NCBI GenBank assembly: GCA_035716005.1
Contig: DASTKG010000052.1
Span: 6,360-70,359 of the forward strand
Source: Candidatus Eiseniibacteriota bacterium
GTDB taxonomy: Bacteria > Eisenbacteria > RBG-16-71-46 > SZUA-252
Length of the DNA: 64,000 nucleotides
Direction: 5' to 3'
The notes beneath the pieces were generated by a model. That model saw nothing but the letters and a program-made list of their open reading frames with translations, was not told where the DNA came from and searched no databases. Below are positions 50,041 through 58,248 of this stretch, in pieces. Both the position numbers and the translations under genes were made by a program. How positions within the stretch are numbered: the first letter of the stretch is position 1; the number at the start of each line of letters is the position of its first letter.

Positions 50041-52156
50041 GCGCCTCCTGCTCGAGATCGGCTGCGAGGAGCTGCCGGCGTCGTTCGTCGGGCCGGCCCT
50101 CGAGGAGCTGGAAGCGCTGGCGCGGGCGGGGCTCGCGGAAGCCCGTCTCTCGTTCGGAGCCGTTCGCGTCCTCGGCACGCCGCGCCGTCTGGCGCTTCTC
50201 GTCGAGGGGCTCGCCGAGCGCCAGGAGGACCGGACGCGGGAAGTGCTCGGCCCGGCCGTCCGCGTGGCCTACGACGCGAAGGGCGCTCCCACGAACGCCG
50301 CGGCGGGCTTCGCGAAGGGGGCCGGGGTTCCGGTGGAGTCGCTCGAGCGGGCCACGACGCCGAAGGGGGAGTACCTCATGGCGCGCGTGCACGACGTGGG
50401 GGAACCGTCGGCCAAGGTCCTGCCCGCGCTCCTCGTCTCCTGGATCACGGGAATTCACTTTCCGAAGACGATGCACTGGAACGCCACCGGGCGCTTCGCG
50501 CGTCCTGTCCGCTGGCTCGTCTCGCTCCTCGACGGGGATCTCCTCCCGCTGGAGTGTTTCGGAGTCGCCGCCGGCACCCGGTCGAGAGGGCACCGGACGC
50601 TCGCCCCGGGATGGGTCGAGATCGGGCGCCCCGAGCGCTACGTCGACGCTCTCCGCGACGCGGGGGTCGTCGTCGATCCCGCCGAGCGGCGACGCCGGAT
50701 CGAGGAGGAGCTGGCGAGCGCCGTGGTGCCGATCGGCGGGCGCGCGGTGGAGGACGCCGAGCTCCTCGACGAGGTGACGCAGCTCGTCGAGTGGCCCGAA
50801 GCGGTGGTCGGCTCGTTCGACTCGAAATACCTCCAGCTCCCGCGGCCGGTCGTCGTGACCGCCATGCGCGCCCATCAGCGCTACTTCGCCGTGGAGCGCC
50901 CCGACGGCTCGCTCCTCGGGAATTTCGTCATGATCCGGAGCGGCCGCGGCGACGGGGCCGACCAGGTGCGCCGCGGAACGCAGGCCGTCCTTCGAGCGCG
51001 GCTCGAGGACGCCCGGTTCTACTGGGAGAACGATCTGAAGGGCGGGCTCGAATCGAAGCTGGAGACACTCAAGGGAATCGTCTGGCACGAGAAGCTCGGG
51101 TCGATCTACGACCGCACGCAGCGTCTCGGATTTCTCGTCGACGACCTGGCCCGATCGCTCGCGCCGAACGCCCGCGCCGCCGCCTCCCGCGCCGCGCGGC
51201 TCTGCAAGGCCGATCTCGCGACCGAGATGGTCCGCTCGGGCAAGGAGTTCGCCACGCTCCAGGGGATCGTGGGCGCCGAGTACGCGGCGGCGACCGGCGA
51301 GCCCGAGGGCGTGGTCCGGGCGATTCGCGAGCACTACCTCCCGCAGGGGCCTTCCGACCCGCTTCCCGCGACCGTGGAGGGGACGCTCCTGAGTCTGGCC
51401 GATCGGATCGAGGCGATCGTCGGCGGGCTCAGGGCCGGCCTCGAGGTGACGGGCTCGCAGGACCCGTACGGGCTTCGCCGCGCGGGGAACGGGGTCGTGC
51501 GGATTCTCCTCGAGAAGCAGCTCCGTCTCGACGTGCTGGAAGTCGCGTCCCGACTCTCGGCGTACTTTGAGAAGTCGGGCGTCCCGGTCGACCCCAAGGC
51601 GGGCGACCTGGTCGCCTTCTGGGCCCAGCGGCTCGAGAGCGCGCTGGAGGAGCAGGGGGTGACCCACGACACGGCGGCGGCGGTTCTGGCCGTCCGTCCC
51701 GGGGATCCGCTCGACGTCCTGGCGCGGGCCCGCGCGATCGACGAGATCCGCCGGAGCGAGGACTTCGAGGGCCTCATGGTCGGCTACCGGCGGGCCGCGA
51801 ATCTCCTCCGCACGGCCAAACCGGGCGACATTTCCGGCTCGGGGTCGCCGCTGGCCGAGCGCGCCGAGAATTTCGGGGAGAAAGTGGAGGCCGATCTCCA
51901 CCTCGAGACGAAGATGGCGAGGCAAGCGGTGGAGACGCTCCTCCAGGGCGACGCGCCCGATTATCCCAAGGCGCTTCGGATCCTCCTCGGCCTCCGACCG
52001 CCGATTGACGGATTCTTCGACGGGGTGATGGTTATGGTAGACGACACCGTCGCTCGTCGGCGTCGCCTCGGACTCCTCGAAGAGGTCCGGCAGACGTTTC
52101 TACGAATAGCGGACTTCTCCGCCCTCCCGGCGGGCGCAGGTCAAAAAGCTACTTGA
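50033..52156 (+). CDS. glyS: Glycine--tRNA ligase beta subunit
   Basis: GlyS N-terminus ([12 protein letters not shown]). 707 aa. GTG overlaps the glyQ stop. Confidence 0.93.
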
Positions 52157-52181
52157 CACTAGCCGGTTTCTGACCTATACT
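52153..52181 (+). promoter_or_regulatory. Perfect-consensus sigma70 promoter TTGACA-N17-TATACT with upstream A5 tract
   Basis: -35 is at 52153..52158 and overlaps the glyS stop codon. -10 is at 52176..52181. An AAAAA tract lies 5 nt upstream of the -35. GC content drops sharply downstream. Confidence 0.65.
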
Positions 52182-52187
52182 GGGCGG

Positions 52188-52627
52188 GTAAAGGAGATAG
52201 AATAATCTGTCTCCAGACAGCCGCAACCGCTAGAACCGATTGATATTACAGCGAATGCACGACACCCGATGGGCTGACGGTGCGGCTCGCTTTGTCTTTG
52301 GGGTTACTCGCGTTCGGCGCGTTTTCGCTTATTCGAGAGATTGATGGTAAGGGGGTGAGAGGACAGAGCGCTCTCTGGCTACCACTCGATTTTTGAAGAA
52401 GTTATGGAATGTGGATCGATTCGACGAAATTCAAAAGAGAGAAAGGAGGTCGGTAGGATTTCTCGTGAAGGGTAAGTCCATCAGCGCTCGAACTGTCCCG
52501 AACGAGCGGACGAACCCGACGCAGCACTCCAGACTCAACTAGAATTACCGAATCCCGTGTCGTGAAGTTCCAGTTAGTCCTCCCGATCTAGGGCTCCGAG
52601 TCAGGAAACACTAAGGAGGATGTGACA
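52188..52627 (+). other. Long (~440 nt) low-GC 5' leader / possible small RNA upstream of the 1248-aa gene
   Basis: Lies between the consensus promoter and the AAGGAGGA RBS. It begins with an 8-bp stem-loop at 52194..52215 (GGAGAUAG-aauaau-CUGUCUCC). A short CGCG-uucgg-CGCG hairpin followed by UUUU sits at 52311..52327. There is no convincing ORF. Confidence 0.4.
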
Positions 52628-55600
52628 ATGCGGAAAACCTTGTTCGCCTTGCTGGGTCTCGTGGCGATCGGATCGTGGGCCGTCCCGGCCCTCGCCGGTG
52701 TCGCTTTCAACGACCCGCCCAAGGCGTTCGCGCCGATTCCGCTCGAGAATCGTGCGGGCGCTATCGGAGCAATGGCAAAGAGCGGCACCAATTACCAGGC
52801 CACGCTGAGCGGCACGCTCATCAAGCAGGCGTCGGCCACCACCTCGTGGTTCCTCTATCCGGGCGCTTGCACCGACCGTGCGAACAACACGTGGGTGCCT
52901 CGTACCGCGGTCCAGGCCGACTCGCTCAACTCGTACCTCGTCGGTTCGCAGGGCGGATACGGGCGTGCGGATCAGTCGCTTTCCGAGAAGCTGTTCCATA
53001 TCGTTAGCTCGGGCCTGCCGGTCGGCCAGAAGCCGAACGGCATCAACGGCACGAACGCGATCTGGGCCGGAAAGTACGACGCGAACTGGGTGAACCCGGT
53101 CGGCTATCCGAACCTCACGAACCAGATCCTTTACATCGATCTCGAGTCGAACCGGGCGCCGATCGCGGCGAACACCGGTACGTACACGATCACGATGAAG
53201 CTGAACAGCTCCACCGAGCAGAATTACGACTTCCTGTACTTCATCGGTGGCGGCGATGCCGACGCGAACAACTTCGGCGACGAAGATCCGCTCGGCAACG
53301 ACCGCGGCGGCTTCGACCAGGTTCGCTCGACCGGATCGTTCGACGCTGCCACGCTTCAGGCCACGCTCACCGGCTCCATCATCGCCACGACCTCGGGTCT
53401 CCTGCCGTTCATCAATGGCTCGGCGGGTCCGACGATCGTGGGCGAGGGCGGTTCGCAGCCGGCGACGGTCAACCTGAACTTCCACATGACGACGGACAAC
53501 CGTGCGTTCTACATCCTCTTCACCGCCGACTGTCTCTTCTCGAGCGAAGACGGCCTCTGGCCCTTCGGCACGGGCGTGACGATCGACGACCTCACGGTGT
53601 TCGACGGCAGCGTGACCCGTAACCTCTACGTCGACCAGACGGCTGCCGGCGGCTCGGACACGGTGGGTGGCGACATCCTCGTGGCCGATCCGATCACGGC
53701 GACCGAGACGGACGGCGTGCGCATCTCGGCCCGCGTGTTCCCCGGCAAGGGCGAGCTCTGGGCCATCCAGCAGGGCAGCAGCTACACCACGTCCGACATC
53801 TGCCAGACGCAGAAGAACGCCACCACGGACCGCTTCTTCCTGGGCGTCGACCCCGTGACCAAGAACGCGCTTCCCGGCCAGTTCAACTCGGTCGTGACGT
53901 GCACGTTCGCGGTGCCGGCCGGCACGGCCGACATCACGGCGCTCTGGGGCGAGTACCTGAACCTGCCGCGTACCACGGGCTACGTTCAGTACTCGGAGTA
54001 CCGCTACTTCAAGGACGGCTCCTGGTCCAACTGGGAGAATACGGCTGCCGGCGGCGGTGTCCGCACGTCGGTGATCGACCAGTGGGTGGTTGACGGCGAT
54101 CCGCTCGCCTCGGCCGTCCAGGCCGATTCGTTCCAGGTCCGCTACAACATTCAGTGCATCACGGCGTTCGCCGCTGACCGCACGAATTGCGACAACAACA
54201 CGCAGTACGCCGTGCTCTACGACGACCTGTTCCTGCAGGTCACGACGGGCGTTCCGGCGCCGGTGTTCGGTATCTTCCCGGGTTCGGTGGCGCAGTCGAC
54301 CTTCGTCGACGGCAACATGACCGGCTTGAACTGCACCGTCACGCCGTGCTGGCCTGGCATCCGTGGTTCGGACCTCCAGACCAACCCGAACGTCGACATC
54401 GCTCGTAGCGCGGTGAAGGACAATCTCAACTCGCCGCTCGGCGACTCGCTCACGATGTCCTTCGTGACCGGTCTCCGCAAGAACGGCATGGGCATCAACT
54501 GGCACTACGGTTACGACAAGTCTGTGAACGGCGGTCTCACCGTCGCGATCACGAACGGCGCGTACAACCCGGCGTTCGATACGCCTCGGGTGATCTACCG
54601 CCTGTTCGACCCGGCCTCGAAGACCTGGAGCCCGTGGGACTCGACGTCCCTCAACGGCAACAACGTCTCCGTCGCGGGCGACACGGTCGTCATCGACTCC
54701 GAGTACCGCTTGAACTGGCCGCCGGCCGACAAGGTTGGTCTCAACCTGCCGGGCGGATTCACGATCAACGGTCAGGGCGCCTACAACAACCTGGCGTTCC
54801 TCCCGCGCGGTACGCGGATGCAGTACTACTTCAAGGCGGTCGACATCAACGGCGGCGTCAGCTACCAGTTCACGACCGATGCGCTCTCGCGCGAGGTCGA
54901 GGACCTGCCGACGCTTCCGGGCAGCGCGAACATCGCTGCTGACATCGTCGAGTTCGACGTTCTCCCGCGCGTTTATCCGGCGGGCACGGCGGGGACGCTT
55001 GCGGCGGGTCGCACCGACACGCCGGTCCTGAATCTCGACGGCGCCTACTGTGGTTGGGGCTTCGGCCAGGATCCCGTCACCGCGGCTCTCCGCGGCATGG
55101 GCGTCCGCGCCGACCGGTACCGTCCTCTCGCGGCGATCGACGAGGGTCATCTCCTCGGCGGGCACGAACTCGCCCCCGATCGTCCGTCGCGTCAGAGCAA
55201 TTACTTCCCGAATAAGGATGAGTACGGGATCAAGGATTCGCTCGCGACGTGGTACCGCATCATGATCCAGAATTCGCACACCAGCACGGTCCCGTCGATC
55301 GACGAGTCCGCGGCTCAGCTCGTTTCCGACTGGGCGGCCACGGATACCGGCGCTAACGGCGGCGATCGCTGCATCTTCTTCTCGGGCGATGACGCCTTCA
55401 ACTCGCTGACCAACTCTCCGGTCGGCGTCCCCGGCGCCCGCAAGCTCGCGCTCTCGACGGCCGTCTTCGGCGTCGCGAACGTGGTGACGCTGGCTCCGAG
55501 CGCGGCGAAGGGCTCCTGGGCGGGTACGACCGGCAATGCGTATCCGACCATCGATGACCGCTTCGCGGCTCAGGCTTCCGGTCCTGGTCTCGCGGCCCCC

Positions 55601-56374
55601 GGTTCGTTCACCTACGAAGTCGACGGTGGATGCCCCGGTCCGAACCGCTTCGATCCTCTCACCCCGACGGGCGGTGCGGTTGCTGCGGCGACCTTCCCGG
55701 TCGCGGCGGGCGTGACGGACGTCGCGGGTGTGGCCAAGGCGAGCGAGCTCGACAACACGCCCGACCTCGACCAGACCAAGGCCCTCAGCTACGGTTACTC
55801 GATCCAGTTCGTGCGTGGCACCGCGGGCGTGATTCCGCGCAACGCGGCCAACTACGTGCGTTCGGGCGTCCAGAACCGCATGCAGATTCTCTACAAGTTC
55901 CTGACGGGTTGCCGCGGCGCTCGTGGTGCTGGCTCGCTCTGCTGGCCGTGCCCGACGGATGCCAACCTGATCAGCAACTGGCTCACGGCGCCGGGCTTCA
56001 ACACGGCGACCTACGGCCCGCTCTATCCGATTCAGGACTTCACGAAGGCGACGGGTGTCGAGGTCGAGGAAGCGTCCGCGGCTCCGCGGGTCAACCGCAT
56101 CTTCGGCAACAGCCCGAACCCCTTCAACCCGATGACCAAGATCTCGTTCAGTGCCGCGCAGGCGGGCAAGGTCACGATCCGTATCTTCAACGTGGCCGGC
56201 CAGCTCGTTCGCACCCTCGAGACCAAGGTTGAGACGCCCGGAACCGCGAGCGTCTACTGGGATGGCATGTCGGATCGCAACGTCAAGTCGGGCAGCGGCG
56301 TGTACTTCTACAAGGCCACGTTCGCCAACGGCACCACGTTGACGGCCGATCGCAGCATGGTGCTCGTGAAGTAA
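52628..56374 (+). CDS. Large secreted protein of unknown function with a T9SS-type (Por_Secre_tail-like) C-terminal sorting domain
   Basis: Signal peptide (LFALLGLVAIGSWAVPALAG). About 1150 aa with no recognised catalytic motif. The final ~85 aa match the T9SS C-terminal-domain pattern (NSPNPFNPMTKISFS..GKVTIRIFNVAGQLVRTL.....SGVYFYKA....MVLVK). The strong RBS AAGGAGGA lies 7 nt before the ATG. Confidence 0.8.
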   Translation: MRKTLFALLGLVAIGSWAVPALAGVAFNDPPKAFAPIPLENRAGAIGAMAKSGTNYQATLSGTLIKQASATTSWFLYPGACTDRANNTWVPRTAVQADSLNSYLVGSQGGYGRADQSLSEKLFHIVSSGLPVGQKPNGINGTNAIWAGKYDANWVNPVGYPNLTNQILYIDLESNRAPIAANTGTYTITMKLNSSTEQNYDFLYFIGGGDADANNFGDEDPLGNDRGGFDQVRSTGSFDAATLQATLTGSIIATTSGLLPFINGSAGPTIVGEGGSQPATVNLNFHMTTDNRAFYILFTADCLFSSEDGLWPFGTGVTIDDLTVFDGSVTRNLYVDQTAAGGSDTVGGDILVADPITATETDGVRISARVFPGKGELWAIQQGSSYTTSDICQTQKNATTDRFFLGVDPVTKNALPGQFNSVVTCTFAVPAGTADITALWGEYLNLPRTTGYVQYSEYRYFKDGSWSNWENTAAGGGVRTSVIDQWVVDGDPLASAVQADSFQVRYNIQCITAFAADRTNCDNNTQYAVLYDDLFLQVTTGVPAPVFGIFPGSVAQSTFVDGNMTGLNCTVTPCWPGIRGSDLQTNPNVDIARSAVKDNLNSPLGDSLTMSFVTGLRKNGMGINWHYGYDKSVNGGLTVAITNGAYNPAFDTPRVIYRLFDPASKTWSPWDSTSLNGNNVSVAGDTVVIDSEYRLNWPPADKVGLNLPGGFTINGQGAYNNLAFLPRGTRMQYYFKAVDINGGVSYQFTTDALSREVEDLPTLPGSANIAADIVEFDVLPRVYPAGTAGTLAAGRTDTPVLNLDGAYCGWGFGQDPVTAALRGMGVRADRYRPLAAIDEGHLLGGHELAPDRPSRQSNYFPNKDEYGIKDSLATWYRIMIQNSHTSTVPSIDESAAQLVSDWAATDTGANGGDRCIFFSGDDAFNSLTNSPVGVPGARKLALSTAVFGVANVVTLAPSAAKGSWAGTTGNAYPTIDDRFAAQASGPGLAAPGSFTYEVDGGCPGPNRFDPLTPTGGAVAAATFPVAAGVTDVAGVAKASELDNTPDLDQTKALSYGYSIQFVRGTAGVIPRNAANYVRSGVQNRMQILYKFLTGCRGARGAGSLCWPCPTDANLISNWLTAPGFNTATYGPLYPIQDFTKATGVEVEEASAAPRVNRIFGNSPNPFNPMTKISFSAAQAGKVTIRIFNVAGQLVRTLETKVETPGTASVYWDGMSDRNVKSGSGVYFYKATFANGTTLTADRSMVLVK

Positions 56375-56396
56375 GCGAGTTCCAGCAGCAGCGGAA

Positions 56397-56431
56397 GGGC
56401 CGCCAGGTTCGCCTGGCGGCCCTTTTCGTTT
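56397..56431 (+). terminator. Rho-independent terminator
   Basis: GGGCCGCCAGG-uucg-CCUGGCGGCCC followed by UUUUCGUUU, 23 nt after the stop codon. Confidence 0.8.
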
Positions 56432-56557
56432 GCCCCCGGTGGGCCTGAATGGCACACTTGGCGGCGCCGGGGCCGCGCCGCCTGGATCGCCCCATGCCCC
56501 GCCCCTCGAACCGGCCCGATCGGCTGAACTGGGCCTTCCGGACCAGGTAAAATCGGT

Positions 56558-56586
56558 TTGACTCGTCCGGAGAGGATTGGTAGCTT
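56558..56586 (+). promoter_or_regulatory. Candidate sigma70 promoter TTGACT-N17-TAGCTT with upstream A-tract
   Basis: AAAATcggtTTGACT...TAGCTT lies 70 bp before the lipoprotein start. Its architecture matches the other island promoters. Confidence 0.45.
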
Positions 56587-56655
56587 AGGGGAGTCCCCCA
56601 AGACGATCACTCGAATGACCTGCCGGTGAACAACCCAGTCTCCTCGGAGAGCTAA

Positions 56656-58212
56656 ATGCCCCAGCGCGTTGCGTGGCGCACCGCCGCCCGTCCCGTTGTG
56701 ATCCTTGTCGGGCTCGCCGCATTGCTGGCGGCCTGCGCCAAAGAACCAGTCGCCGTCGATCGGAATCGCCCTCCGCGCACCTATCTCGTGTCGGCGCCGC
56801 CGGAGAGCGGTTCGTTCTCCTATCGCATTCATCTCTACTGGCGCGGCGAGGATCCGGACGGCTACGTGGTCGGATACCAGTGGGCGTGGGACGATTCGAG
56901 CATCAACGCGTTCCACTTCACCACGAAGACGGACACGATCTTCGAGCTCGCCGTGAACGACTCGGCCACCATCACCGGCGGCAACACCAACCAGCCGCCA
57001 GGGACGTCGAAGGGCCATACGTTCTTCATCCGCGCGGTGGACAATCTCGGCAAGCCCGATCCGAACCTGGCCGTATTCAACAGGCGCATCATCATCTCCA
57101 CGACGGTGAAGCCCACGGTGGCGTTCAAGCCCCCGCTCCCGGGCCCGGGGCCCGGCGTCGACTCGCTCTGCGACGGGCAGCCCTTCGAAGTATGCTGGGG
57201 CGGTAGCGATCCGGACGGGAGCATTCTCGGATACAAGTTCGACGTCGGCTCCTACAGCAGCCCGATCGTCCGGGATTCCTGCGTCAGCTTCAACGACGCG
57301 AACAATCCGAACTCCATCGCGCTGGCGAGCGGCCTCTACACGCTGACGGTCCAGTCGGTCGACAACGCCTACGCGCTGAGCGATCCCGGCGCGAGCAAGT
57401 TCCTCTTCGTCGTCAACCGCGATCCCGTCACCTGGTTCAAGGACGCGTCGGGCGGACGGGGCATCCCGGTCGGCTACTACATCGCGCCGTATCTCCGCGG
57501 GCAGCTCGTGCCGCCGACGATCAGGCAGTTCGCCCCCGGCGACACGGTTCCGTATCGGTCCACCGTCTGGTGGCAGTGGGACGGGGAGGACAATGCGTGC
57601 GACAGCCCGAGCGGCATCAACGCGTTTTCGCTCTCCGGGCAGGTCTATCACAACGGCAACGTGCCCTACATCATCGGCTTCCTGCCCGAAATCGCGCCCG
57701 GGATTCCGTTCAAGACGAACGATCCGGTCGTGCTGGGGCAGAACAATTTCTCCAACCTGATCCTCGACTCCCTCGACGCGGGGAACGGCATTCTCATGCG
57801 AGTCCGCGCGCGGGACCTCTCGAACCGCATCTCGGGGCTCCAGTACTCCGGGGAGTTCACGTTCAACTGCAACTTCCCGCCCAAGCTGAAGAACTTCCGA
57901 GTCTGCGACGCCTGCTCGCTCGGACAGAAGTGGAAGCGCTTCGAGTGGGACGCCGAGGATGAGGAGGACGGATTCCCGGCCGAGGCCACGCTCTACCTGG
58001 AGAACGGCCTCGACACGAGGACGGTTCTCGGCCCGAATTTCTTCTACATCCCCGAACGAGTGTTCCGGGACTTCTCCCCGACGAATCCGCACGTCGCCGA
58101 GGTGCGGGTCAAGGATCGCGCCGGCTATGCGTCCGCGGAACGCCTGAAAGTGACGTTCAACGTCGATTACGTAGACACATTGTGCAATTTCCCCAACGCA
58201 CCTTGTCCCTAG
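56656..58212 (+). CDS. Lipoprotein with repeated W-x-G-x-D-P-D-G Ig-like modules (paralog A)
   Basis: Lipobox LLAACA. At least four repeats are present (HLYWRGEDPDGYVVGYQW; EVCWGGSDPDGSILGYKF; VWWQWDGEDNACDSPSG; FEWDAEDEEDGF). Y_Y_Y-like motifs appear as well (LYTLTVQSVDN, LFVVNRDPVTWF). Confidence 0.75.
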   Translation: MPQRVAWRTAARPVVILVGLAALLAACAKEPVAVDRNRPPRTYLVSAPPESGSFSYRIHLYWRGEDPDGYVVGYQWAWDDSSINAFHFTTKTDTIFELAVNDSATITGGNTNQPPGTSKGHTFFIRAVDNLGKPDPNLAVFNRRIIISTTVKPTVAFKPPLPGPGPGVDSLCDGQPFEVCWGGSDPDGSILGYKFDVGSYSSPIVRDSCVSFNDANNPNSIALASGLYTLTVQSVDNAYALSDPGASKFLFVVNRDPVTWFKDASGGRGIPVGYYIAPYLRGQLVPPTIRQFAPGDTVPYRSTVWWQWDGEDNACDSPSGINAFSLSGQVYHNGNVPYIIGFLPEIAPGIPFKTNDPVVLGQNNFSNLILDSLDAGNGILMRVRARDLSNRISGLQYSGEFTFNCNFPPKLKNFRVCDACSLGQKWKRFEWDAEDEEDGFPAEATLYLENGLDTRTVLGPNFFYIPERVFRDFSPTNPHVAEVRVKDRAGYASAERLKVTFNVDYVDTLCNFPNAPCP

Positions 58213-58248
58213 TGCGACCACGCCGAGGATAGAGGAGTAAACGATTCG

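Noticed and set aside
52380-52520. tRNA-like or small-ORF content in the long leader (for example a 24-codon ORF starting ATGGAATGTGG)
   Set aside because: No T-loop or anticodon-arm consensus is present. The mini-ORF has no RBS and low GC3, so it is not credible as coding.
56445-56463. TGGCACacttggcgg as a third sigma54 promoter
   Set aside because: The GC of the -12 element falls at positions 12-13 rather than 14-15, so the spacing is wrong. It probably arose by chance in GC-rich DNA.
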